DNA of 20,000 nt, taken from positions 51,214 through 71,213 of the forward strand of contig JAUGWO010000118.1 of the NCBI GenBank assembly GCA_049724395.1, read 5' to 3'. The notes beneath the pieces were generated by a model. It did no database searches. It was not told where the DNA came from and was given only the letters and a program-made list of their open reading frames with translations. Of this stretch, positions 10,045 to 20,000 are shown one piece after another. This stretch comes from Spongospora subterranea f. sp. subterranea (Eukaryota). Numbering within the stretch: the first letter of the stretch is position 1; the number at the start of each line of letters is the position of its first letter. The translations under genes were made by a program, and so were the position numbers.

Positions 10045-10834
10045 TCAAAAGAAATTATGTGGCTCGTCAAAAGTTTGTCTGGAGTGATTAGTACAGGAAC
10101 GGTTCGAACCAGATTTCCCCTACGTCAGGCGACAGCGTGCTTGACATGATATCAAACAGGTAGAAGAGTGTCGATTATCCACCAAACTGAGTACGTCCCC
10201 AGGACAGTCAAAGGGGCCAATGGACTGGTCCTAATGCTGGCATGCTTCACATTTAAAAGTATAATGGGCCAGACTACCAGACTGGGGTAGGGTATTCTGG
10301 ATATCAGCAGCTTCGCATACCGAATCTTTCGTTGGAATCGCGTGAACCAGTTCCCATAATCTGTCTCTCGTTCTTGAATTAGTTCTCAACAACTTCTGAA
10401 CATTGTAGTATTGAAAGATAACGACTTTATCGAACAAAGTAGCGGTTAGACCTCGGCGTTGTGGAAATCGGGTCTTCTTTGTTTGTAAGATAGATTGGTG
10501 TTGATTACCAATTCTTTATCCGTGTGCGCGCCATTGGTAATTGGTCAAGCGAGGCGCCCCTTTCGAAACTGAGAAAGGAGCGGCCAGCGGCGCACAGTTC
10601 AGTCAGGGCCTCAGTAAAGTGGAGCTGACAGTTAAAGTGAGAGAGAGAGAGCGGACACCGAATCAACAGACTACCGACAGCTGCAGCTGTTGGCTTAGCA
10701 TAATCCTCTCCACAATTTATTTACCAAAGACGGACAAAGTAGGTCCCATTCAAGGTCCAAACCTGAGATTGGGAGTAAACAAATCAGTATAACGATAGAG
10801 TCGCCTGTAAGAGCTTACACATTTTTACTACCAT
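10045..10834 (-). CDS. Hypothetical small multi-exon gene (approximate ends); degenerate paralog at ~4500-5346
   Basis: Series of in-phase minus-strand GT-AG introns (10763-10818, 10687-10724, 10625-10674, plus further candidates) gives MVVKMCLDLEWDLLCPSLLQLSLHFTEALTELCAAGRSFL...KLLRTNSRTRDRLWELVHAIPTKDS...; the 3' exons are uncertain. Confidence 0.4.
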
Positions 10835-10890
10835 TAGCTGATCATTGCTTTACGGTATGGTGAAATTCAGCATTACGATTGAGGCCTTAA

Positions 10891-13800
10891 ATGAGGCCTG
10901 ACGACAATGATGGACTGATCACCGAACGGCAATCCGAAGCGTCTTTGGCGTTTATAGTTGCAGTGCGGTTGGAATGGCTCGAAGCTGCGTGTTTATTTTA
11001 TTGACTTGGTTATCGACAGCGTCCGTCCTGAGTCGGATTCTGAGCTTGTCAATCCGCGGCATTCAAATATAATTCGTGTTTTGAACGACAACGTGCTTGT
11101 TTTCGATCCGAAGGATCCTGACGATGAGTGGACTCGAACGGGTTCGATAAACATATTTTTCAGTTGGACCTTCCTAAATTTTGGGTCAGGGGATGTTTCT
11201 TTAAATGATGGATTCCATGGGGACGATGTCGCCGAACCCAGCTTCGGGACCCGAAAACGTGGTCTTCGGAAATTAACATCCAGTCGAAGGCCTCATAAAG
11301 ATACTACGTTTGCCTTCGACTGCGTGTTTGGCCACAATGCCACTCAACAACAGGTACGTAGTGCTTTAGTGCTTTGTCGGATCATAAATTCGAAAATAAA
11401 CCTTTTTGATAGGTGTATAATAACACTGGCCGTGTATTAGTTAATTCGGTTTTCGACGGATTCAACTCTACAGTATTCGCTTACGGTGCCACAGGGTCTG
11501 GGTATTATAAACAATATCAGATAATGTTTTTGATACAGTATCACAGGTCAGGAAAGACGTGCACAATGGTCGGAGATACCTTTATTGGGCCTGGTTTGTA
11601 TTGATTTTGAACTGCTGTGTGGATATTTCATTAATTAAGGTTGCAGGTGTCATGATTCTTTCAATGCGTGATATATTCGAGCATATACAAGCGAACATGT
11701 CTGATCTTGAATGTCGGGTTCAGCTATCGTATTTGGAAGTATACAATGAAGAAATCAAAGATCTATTGGTTGAGCAGCCTCCTCTACTCCATCAATCTCA
11801 TTGTCTCAGCGATATCGGTCACAAGTTCACTCGCGTGAAATCCGCAGGGCTGGAAAAGCCAAGACGGTCAAGTAAGCAAGTTCCTGGTGAACACTCCTTA
11901 GCCTTGCGAGAAGACCCTGGCAGGGGAATATTTGTTGCTGGATTGTCGGTCCACGAACCAACCAGTGCAGTTGAAGTATACTCCATGTTGCCTTCTCAAG
12001 TTTGAAATAACGGCTGATATCAGGTCTTTGATTTGCTAGCGCGAGGCAATCTTCGGAGAACACAATGTGCCACTGATGCTAATGCGCGCTCGTCTCGTTC
12101 TCATGCTGTTCTTCAGGTGACAGTCTCCGTAAAAAATCGGTATGTGTTTTACATGGCAGCGAGCAACGTTGTGACTTTTTGCAGAACCGCAGACTGTCAA
12201 ATGGAAGTTCGAACCGGTAAACTCTCACTGGTTGACCTTGCTGGTAGTGAAAGAGCTGCTGTCACCAAGGTATCACAGTTTTCGGCTCATGTCAACTTGG
12301 ATTGTTATGGAGTCGATTGTTTTTTGTACCTTAGAATCGGGGCAGTATGTTACGTGAAGGTGCAAATATCAATCGATCCCTCCTAGCCCTTGGGAACTGC
12401 ATCAATGCCTTGTGCAAAAATGCTACTGGGGGCCATGTCCCCTTTAGAAACTCCAAACTAGTTAGTTCTATGCTCTTTTCTTTTGATTTTTGTTTGAAAT
12501 GCAATGTTTGTTAGACTCGTTTACTGAAAGATTCCCTTGGTGGGAATTGCAGGACAGGTTAGAAAACCTTCGCTCTTAATCGACCATGACCTTATCACAT
12601 ATTTTTTCAGTCATGATTGCCAATATCAGTCCATCTTCGCTATCATACGACGGTATGAGGTATTGTGTGTACGCCTGCGGCCATGACTAAATATTCGCTT
12701 AGATACACAAAATACCTTGAAATATAGCAACCGAGCTAAAAACATCAAAACGTTCGTCCGAAAAAATGCTCAAACAGTGCATTACCATGTGTCAAAGTAC
12801 AAAGAAATTATATATAATCTTCAGCATGAAATACAAGAGTTGAAAAATCAGGTCCGGAGTGGCTCCGTCATTGGCTGTATTTCGTTTTATACATTTATGC
12901 AGGCGACAGGGAGTATTGGTGTGCCGACAAAATCAATATGCGCTTCCGACTCCTCAAATGGGTTCCAGGAAGTTCAAACAATGAAGCAAATTCGCGAGTT
13001 TATTTTTCAAAGGGTGTCCAATATTACCGATCTGCAAACTCATATAACATCGATTATGTGTCGCCTTGCGAAGGTCAACGTTCGTAATTGTCGCTCGCAA
13101 ATATCGTCATCTGCAGGTCCAACACCAAATGTACGCCGATATTTTGCATCCTGCCGGTTTTTGAGAGTTCTAGGTGTCGCCAACTGGCTCAGCTGACCAT
13201 AAAAAGCGTGAAGATGGGAATCAGCGAACAGAGATGCTATGTTTAATAAAAACTCTAGAAGACCAGGTATGTTGTCGCTGATCGCGTTTTGATATATCAA
13301 TAGGCCTTTAGGTCGACAACGAGCGGGAGCAGATTTCAGACCTGATGAAGCGGTTAGGGTCCGACCTTTCATCTTCAAACAGAACCATTATCCAGTTGGA
13401 GACAGATTTCCAGTTGGAGCAGATCCGTTCCAGAGAATGTACAAAAAGAAGTCGTTTTCAGGTAGGCATTTGTTCCATTTTTTTTACACCTTTATCCAAA
13501 ACTCTCTACAGGCCGATTTGATCGATAAAATAATGTCGATGTTGACGGATACAGAACGAAATCAGCAAACTCTACTTGATACACTACGTTTGCAGCATCT
13601 CTGCTTTGGAGCGTAGGTCTGCATTAACAGATCAGCTCAAGAGTGCATGGAGCAAAGCCATGTGTCTGGGGCGCCATGACAGCGGTATACATTCCATTTG
13701 CATCCCAGGAATGTGTTTAATATATTACTAGAGACTCCTTCTCTTCCTACTACGCCACGAGCAATGGATTCTGTGATTTGGGCCAAGGTCAACTCTTCTC

Positions 13801-14268
13801 GGTATCCTGCGCAGTCAATGGATGATTCATGCATTCCTTCGCCCGTTCCGCAGTGAGGAATTAGCCCTGGTTCATTTCTGCCAGCGTTGATCATGCAATT
13901 TTCTCAGGTTGGATGTGAGACCGCGTTCTCTTCTCGGTTCTGTTGGTCCGCAAAATTTGTCCAGGTCAATATCGTTTCCAACGTCTTCTTTCCCCAGAGA
14001 TGAGGGTGCACGATATTCCTTTGACCAGTACACTATTGGCAAAGAGAATTTGAATAGTCGATCAACGGTTCCGCCAACGTATGTGAAAACGCGTTTTGTA
14101 TAATTGTGTCTGATGTCATCTACTAGGCCTAGCCCTAGACCCAGGCAAGTTAGGGGCCCAAGAATTGTGAGCAATCGGTCACGAGACGTAACCGCCCCGG
14201 GTGGCTGGAGACCTGTACCGCGTCGACATGTTCATCAGGCGTGGGCAACTCCGACTCCAACAAAATAG
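10891..14268 (+). CDS. Kinesin-8 family motor (KIF18/KIF19/Kip3-like), multi-exon
   Basis: Spliced reading gives [28 protein letters not shown] (P-loop split by intron 11496-11546), [98 protein letters not shown], then coiled coil and a low-complexity tail ending ...WATPTPTK*. Tail exon boundaries are approximate. Confidence 0.93.
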
Positions 14269-14609
14269 ACGCGTTGATCGTTTTTAGATATTTATACATT
14301 GATGATGCTTGAACATAGGAGCTCCGGATGCATGTTTCTAGGAACGCACAGCATAGTACTGCACTTTGTATACCTCTCGGATAGTGGAAAATTCCAACGG
14401 TTCGTTTTGGTAATTCTCATCACATTCGACGTTGTCCCGAACTGAGCATCACCCAGATCAGAACCTACGCTTCTGCTTTGTTAAATGTCTTAGTTGGCGC
14501 GACGTACTGTACGGTAAAGGAAGGCTCATGACAGTATTTTCTTTCTTGGGTGCGCGGTGCATAGAAATGTGTCGACGGAATTTGGCACTACGAACCGTTA
14601 AAGCTACAC

Positions 14610-15490
14610 ATGTCCAGGGTTCGGTCGGAGAAGCAATATTCCTTCCAGTCGACCAGATACTGATGCTGGTCTTCAACCATACGAGTGCGATGATGTCGTC
14701 AACGTCATGTGCCGAGAGTTATCCAACGCAAACGGAGTAGGAATGTTGGGATGGAATTTTAGCAGGCAAATCCTTCTGGAATATATGATTCTTACAGCAA
14801 CGAATGAAAAATCGGTGTAACCGGGAATTCAAAAACTTACCTCGAAATCAGCCGAGTTCATTACTCAGACAAATGTGACCAAAACAACGGCATAGCTCGG
14901 ATTGTGGCGGCGTTTTTTCTGATCAGCAAGTAATGTCAATATAACTGTTTCGTGAAAATATGCAATTATGTCGGTGGCTGCCGGAATTTCAACACGAACC
15001 AGCACTCGGTACGGAAGTATCATATCGGAATAACGCAAATATCGGATCAATATCTTATGCTTGAAATGGGATTCGAAGGAAATGCGCAGGGACTTGAGTA
15101 CAGTACCTTCAAACTTGAGCTATTTTCTAGCTCGCGTTTTCCATCTGCCTCGAGTTACTCATGGATCTGCTTGATGTTTTTTTCTCAATAAGTGCCTCAC
15201 AAAGTTGAGGTGGAAATTCACAACCTTGTAATTCACTGGTAAAGCGTAGGGGCAGCGTTTGCGATGGCAGTGCGGATATAACATTTTACTGTTAGGTCCG
15301 ACGCAGTTGAACGGTGTTGCCGAATGTGTCGTAGACAGTTTGCATTGAAGGATGTTCTTGTCTTCTGCATCCGTTTTAATTATTGAACCTTTCCTATCTC
15401 GGTTTGACGTAGAAGCGACCAGCAGGATTGCGTTTGCTACGGGTTTAGCATAACAATGATGGATTACAAAACTTTGGCGACATTGCTGTG
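14610..15490 (-). mobile_element. Highly decayed Ty3/Gypsy (chromovirus-type) integrase plus chromodomain relic
   Basis: Colinear degenerate motifs across stops and frameshifts: ADGKRELEN (cf. DGQTERVN), IPAATDII, ADQKKRRHNPSYAV, LH(P)IFH-SLL, and VDDIIA/RMVEDQHQYLVDWKEY..SDRT (chromodomain-like). Confidence 0.55.
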
Positions 15491-15704
15491 AATTACAACA
15501 AGCAAATATAAGCCAAGAGCAAATCATAATCAAAACTTTGTTAATCTGAGATAGAAGCCATAGGTCACGAGCAAGATCAGTTGAATTGTTTGATTTTCCA
15601 TGTAATAATTTCCCAACTTTTATTTAGTTGTTATTAATTTTTTAACAGACCGAAATTTCACGGATAACTGAAGGTTTAACATTAGATTAAGAATTGAGAT
15701 TGAC

Positions 15705-15734
15705 ATGAACGGCGGGAGTATGAACGGCGGGAGT
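15705..15734. repeat. Exact 15-bp tandem duplication ATGAACGGCGGGAGT x2
   Basis: Seen directly, downstream of the zinc-finger gene stop. Confidence 0.9.
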
Positions 15735-15805
15735 TGAAAATGTTATGCAGCAACGCATTTTCATAACAACAGGAAAAACTCCCAACTTGGTGAGCGATGA
15801 CATTA

Positions 15806-16860
15806 TTAGTCGTCGGACTCAGACATTGTTGAACCAGCTGTACTCTTGGACAGATGACAATCCTGAATATGTGAAGAAAATAATGCGGCCGACTCGATCT
15901 GCTCGTTACATAATGAGCATTGGAGGCTGGCCGGCTCTCGGGTATTGCGGTGCACCTTGGCGTGGCGCTTGACATGGCTTTTATGTGCAAATGATCGAAA
16001 GCAGATGGAACAACTGTAAGGTCGCTCACCAGTGTGTGATCGCATATGCACCGTCCGATGCGTTGATTGTGAAAACTACGTCAGCATTTATGAATAAGGT
16101 ATAGTCAAGTCCCGAGATTGTTTTACCATTTTTTCGCAGCCTGGCCAATTGCAGCAGAACGGTTTCTCACCAGTGTGAACCCTGTTATGTCGTTTTAACG
16201 GCTCCAATTGCGTGAACTAATAAAAATGTATAAGAACGATAGAGTTTGGATCTCTACAATAACAATTTACCGATTTACCACATCCGGGCCAGATGCATTG
16301 AAACGGTTTTCGGCAAAAGTGAACTTTGCTGTGCCGATTGAGCGTGCCTTTACCAGAGAAGGCAGATGGGCAATGATGACAGGCAAATGGTCTGTCTGTC
16401 GGGATGATGAGGGAGTAAACTGTTCGAGGAGCTGGTGAAAGAGGAAGACTGCTGTGTGAGATCGAGCCCTTGATCATTCTTGGTAGATGATGAGCTCCTA
16501 ACGGCGGGAACAATGATAGCTTGGACCGGATCGGATTCGTCGCTTGATCCGACACTGGAGCCCTGTGTACTTTGCTCGTTGAAGCTCTGCAATCTCATAC
16601 TGGTTGGCTTCGGTATCATTATTGGCATCACCGGGACCGGAACCGGCCTGGGCATCATCATCAGCATCGTCGTTGTTGTATGGACGCGACACGCGGTCGG
16701 ACAAAGAGGCATTGACTGAGGCTGAGACGGCATCATGATCCTGCCTGGACTCCAAGTCGGGCTGAGAATCTGTTGGTTTCGGAAGAAATTCATCATGGAC
16801 GGCGGGCTTTCCATGTACAGCTGCATCGGAACCCGTAATCGTGGGTCTGTCGTATCCGAG
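15806..16860 (-). CDS. C2H2 zinc-finger transcription factor (4 canonical + 1 divergent finger); 5' part frameshifted, start undefined, possible pseudogene
   Basis: Introns 16217-16270 and 16076-16126 join RPFACHHC...[74 protein letters not shown]...RHAKVH and CSLC...HIQDCH. The upstream acidic/Ser-rich region lies in different frames. Confidence 0.85.
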
Positions 16861-16947
16861 GCCTATAGGAAATGGCGAGCCGCAGTGTGTGGGCGCACTT
16901 GATAAGAATCAGTCGATGATGGGGCAAGCCGGTCGAATTGGGTAATT

Positions 16948-17685
16948 GACGGATGCAAGTCCAGGGCCTATGACTAGACACGCCAGAACCGGACTTTAAT
17001 GGAGATGCAAAACCCGCCAGTTGCAGTCGGGAGTTTCCGACTGGCAGACCGGATATTGACTGTGTCCAGTGGCGGACAAACAATGAGGGGTGCCCCCTCA
17101 TGTACATCAACAGCCACAGCCGCGCCTGGTAATCCATGCATGGCTGAGCCTGCCAGTGGCTGTGATGAGGCCCTCATGTGACCTCAGTGAATCTGTGGTC
17201 TATCGTGACGGCGCCTATGTTACAGAGTCGAGTTCCACCCTCAGGCGGGTGACGTCTGTACTACTTCTGTACTCTTCATACGTTAACACGATAACGTCTT
17301 ATCTGTTCATTTTTCAATAGCATTCGGGCCGGTTATATGGGTTTTATTGCCAATGTTTGTTCTCCTGGTACGACGCTGCAACAAGTCAAAACACGTATGA
17401 TGCCCATCATGGAAACGACCGGTCTTGTTTGTCCAATCCATGGACAGGACACGGTTAGGTTGATCGACGTTGCTGCAAATGGGTCGGTCGACGGATGTAA
17501 GTCCAGGGCCGATAAACCGGACTTGATCACAAGCAGAACCCCTCATCTGCAGTCGCGGAAATCCGACTGGCAGACTGGCTCAGTCGCGGACAATATTTCG
17601 AGATCCACAGCCCATTGGCCAATGGATACAGTGGTTGGCACACCAAACCTGTTTATGCATGGCACTGCGGAATGAGCCTGCGAGT
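16948..17685. repeat. Diverged direct repeat pair (~16948-17157 and ~17490-17685)
   Basis: Shared ordered blocks GACGGATGYAAGTCCAGGGCC, AACCGGACTT, TGCAGTCG...TCCGACTGGCAGAC, ATGCATGGC, TGAGCCTGCSAGT. Confidence 0.75.
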
Positions 17686-18964
17686 CCAGTTGTGCTTGTT
17701 GCCGATGTGTTCTCAGGAATTGGTACACAGGTGAGAACACGTTCTTATGGTTCAAGCGGGGGTCAGGTTCTCCCTGGCCGCTACAAGGAGCTTGAACATT
17801 CACTGATGAAGCCTATTGGGCCAGCTTCGAGTTTACTGTAGTCAGCTCACTCTCCCACATTCATTGAGGCCACAACGTGACCCGTGATTTTTATTGAGGG
17901 CTTCTCCTCATTGGTATTTTATAAAGTCGCCTGTTACCCCAGCTTGCCTCCAGATTGCTGTGTAGAACGTTGTTACTGGGAGTAAGTCGTACAGTCATCT
18001 GCATTTCTTAAAGCAGTTTTCGAATGTTTAAATGCAGCGGATTTTGTTCGATTGTTTCAGAATGGTTATCGCAGTGCCTCATTTGTTCGTGAAATCTATT
18101 TTTATGGGATGAGAGATATTATCACATGTATAAGTTGCGCCGTCCAAGAATCATAGTTCGATCTTTATTATTTACCAGCTCCACTGTCCAATTTATGGCA
18201 TTTGTTGAAAATGATTGGCCGCGGCGGGTACGAGAAACCCAACCGACAAGTTCGCATGTTCGCCATGGATGTCGACTGGGCCACTAGTGCACTCATCGAC
18301 CAGTTCAGGGAGTTTACTTGCGGTCATGGGCGATAACTTTTACAACATTCAGATAGTCTTCCACGTCTGCATGTAAACTTCGCTAAACTAGGTAGTCGAT
18401 GAATGCGCCAGCAACCCAGTCGATATCCCCGGCGAACAGGCGACGCTGGATTTCGTAGTCAGTAAAAGTAGCACCTTCAACGCTCTGATGAATTTAGCAA
18501 AACAACGGCGAGCGATCCCCTAAGCGTCAAGAAAAACCAATGTTCAGATGTGAAGGCGTACTGCGAAAGGAAACGGAAGGCAGAAAGGGGGAGTGTAAAG
18601 CAGGATTTGTAATGAAAGGAATGAGCGAAAGAAAACGGAAAATTTAAAGAAAATAGCGAGACACGGATCAAAAGACCAAGATCGTTTGACCCGAATTTGT
18701 CAAGAGCGATGTTCGTCCCCAATGGAGTTCAGAAGAAGAAGATTATGATGCCAACGATGATCAGCCTCAGCAAATTGAATAATACAGTGGATGAGATAAG
18801 TACCCAGCAAAACTGGTGTTTTCACCAGAAACCTACTCCTCGACGTAAAAAGTGGAAATACGGCATTCTGATGAAAAACCTTAACAAAAAAGGTTTTTGT
18901 AATGAAAAACCCAAAACCTAATTTCAGTGTTCCCGAAGAGTAGGTTTTTGCCAGCCTTGCCCAG

Positions 18965-19092
18965 AACCCTAAACTCCGTCAAGCCCCAAACAGCTACGAA
19001 CAGGCATTGCATAATATGCAATAGAAATTCCATATTGGGACAGTTTAGGGCATAATATACCATATCTAGAGGGAATCACGGAGTTTAGGGTT
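18965..19092. repeat. 128-bp segment with perfect 15-bp terminal inverted repeat containing TTTAGGG
   Basis: AACCCTAAACTCCGT (18965-18979) / ACGGAGTTTAGGGTT (19078-19092). Confidence 0.7.
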
Positions 19093-19121
19093 TATAGGTG
19101 CACCGTGGCGGGGCCCCGGTT

Positions 19122-19361
19122 ATGAACTTTTCTCGTTTTTGGATTTTTGTCACCACCGCGTTTGCCGTTTCATGTCTACAGTTTGTATCGCCTCATCTTG
19201 GCGATATACGCATGCATGGTCTGCATCAGGTTGCCACATCAGCAAGATGTTCAGGCCAGGATCGGAAGAGTTGCTTCCACTGTATCAGCGACAATGCAGA
19301 TAAATCACTCTGGCAAACGCGGTACTTGCCGTCGACCCGCCAAACAAATTGCATAAACTGA
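19122..19361 (+). CDS. Putative secreted small protein or first exon
   Basis: MNFSRFWIFVTTAFAVSC resembles a signal peptide; several Cys follow; no homology recognised. Confidence 0.3.
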   Translation: MNFSRFWIFVTTAFAVSCLQFVSPHLGDIRMHGLHQVATSARCSGQDRKSCFHCISDNADKSLWQTRYLPSTRQTNCIN

Positions 19362-20000
19362 GAATTGAAACACCGGAGTCGACAGAATATTCATTCATGA
19401 ATCATCAGCTGTTGGCGAATCCATGGTCTAGCCATATTAACAGGAAGAGCCGATTCCGACAACGATCCGTCGTTAGTCCGCCCCCTAATCTACCTATATC
19501 GCCATATCCTATGAAACACCACGACAACCATGCCATAAACATTGTTTCTTGACTAAATACGATTGCAGGGAGATCTACTTACACAACAAACCACCCTGGT
19601 ATTGATTCGCCGATCGGTTCACATCATTGGGGTCGCCGCTCTTTAATGCGGATGACGTGAGCTCTGTTCATTGCTTACACAGCAGTTGATCCCATGGCTC
19701 AACCGTGAACTGTGTAGATATTCATCATCAGCAATAACGGTTCATTCCAGTCGCCGTACTACAGTCGGGCAGATACCGACTCTTCTACCTTCGATGTCAA
19801 TTCATCATTCTCGCCTATATTCGTCAAACTGACGGTTCTCCATTCTGAAATGGCCATGTCTGAAAACAGCAGAAGGCCAACATCAAGCACTATGAGCCCA
19901 GCTGACACGACCAACAACTCTACAATCAGTGCCTGTAATATCGCCCCCTATTGCCTGATCACGGTTTAGACGACAGTTCGGAAACAATCACCGTCATCGA

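Larger units (their letters stand above)
8281..11000 (+). repeat. Segmental duplication copy B (paired with 2778-5512), contiguous with the full kinesin gene
   Basis: Direct colinear match to copy A. Confidence 0.95.

Noticed and set aside
13040..14174. Minus-strand ORFs within the kinesin tail
   Set aside because: Antisense shadows of kinesin exons.
16350..16826. 158-aa Met/Pro-rich ORF as an independent protein
   Set aside because: The Met runs are the shifted reading of GAT-rich acidic codons of the zinc-finger gene N-terminus.
17800..17840. Hammerhead ribozyme core (CTGATGA + stem)
   Set aside because: No GAAA after the stem and no closing helices.
17850..18900. Decayed DNA transposase (purine-rich, Lys/Arg/Glu-coding tract)
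   Set aside because: Only compositional resemblance; no catalytic motif could be read confidently.

Overview
Eukaryotic genomic DNA with many very short (about 38-60 bp) GT-AG introns; a compact protist/fungus-like genome, possibly plasmodiophorid (inference only). Main contents, left to right: (1) an intact 790-bp miniature LTR retroelement (TRIM-like; 167-bp TG...CA LTRs, CGACC TSD) whose core is a 7x46-bp minisatellite; (2) a ~2.7-kb direct segmental duplication (2778-5512 vs 8281-11000) carrying a membrane-anchored MINPP-type histidine acid phosphatase/phytase, a probable cryptic minus-strand multi-exon gene and exon 1 of a kinesin. Each MINPP copy has a different +1 frameshift; (3) between the copies, a decayed Mutator-like transposase apparently fused to a USP (peptidase C19)-like domain and a CCHC knuckle, a TA-flanked mini hairpin exactly at the duplication breakpoint, and a long inverted repeat; (4) an apparently intact multi-exon kinesin-8 gene; (5) a heavily decayed Ty3/Gypsy integrase-chromodomain relic; (6) a five-finger C2H2 gene with frameshifts in its 5' part; (7) small repeats and a signal-peptide ORF near the right end. 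All family calls rest on manual motif recognition; no database searches were run.
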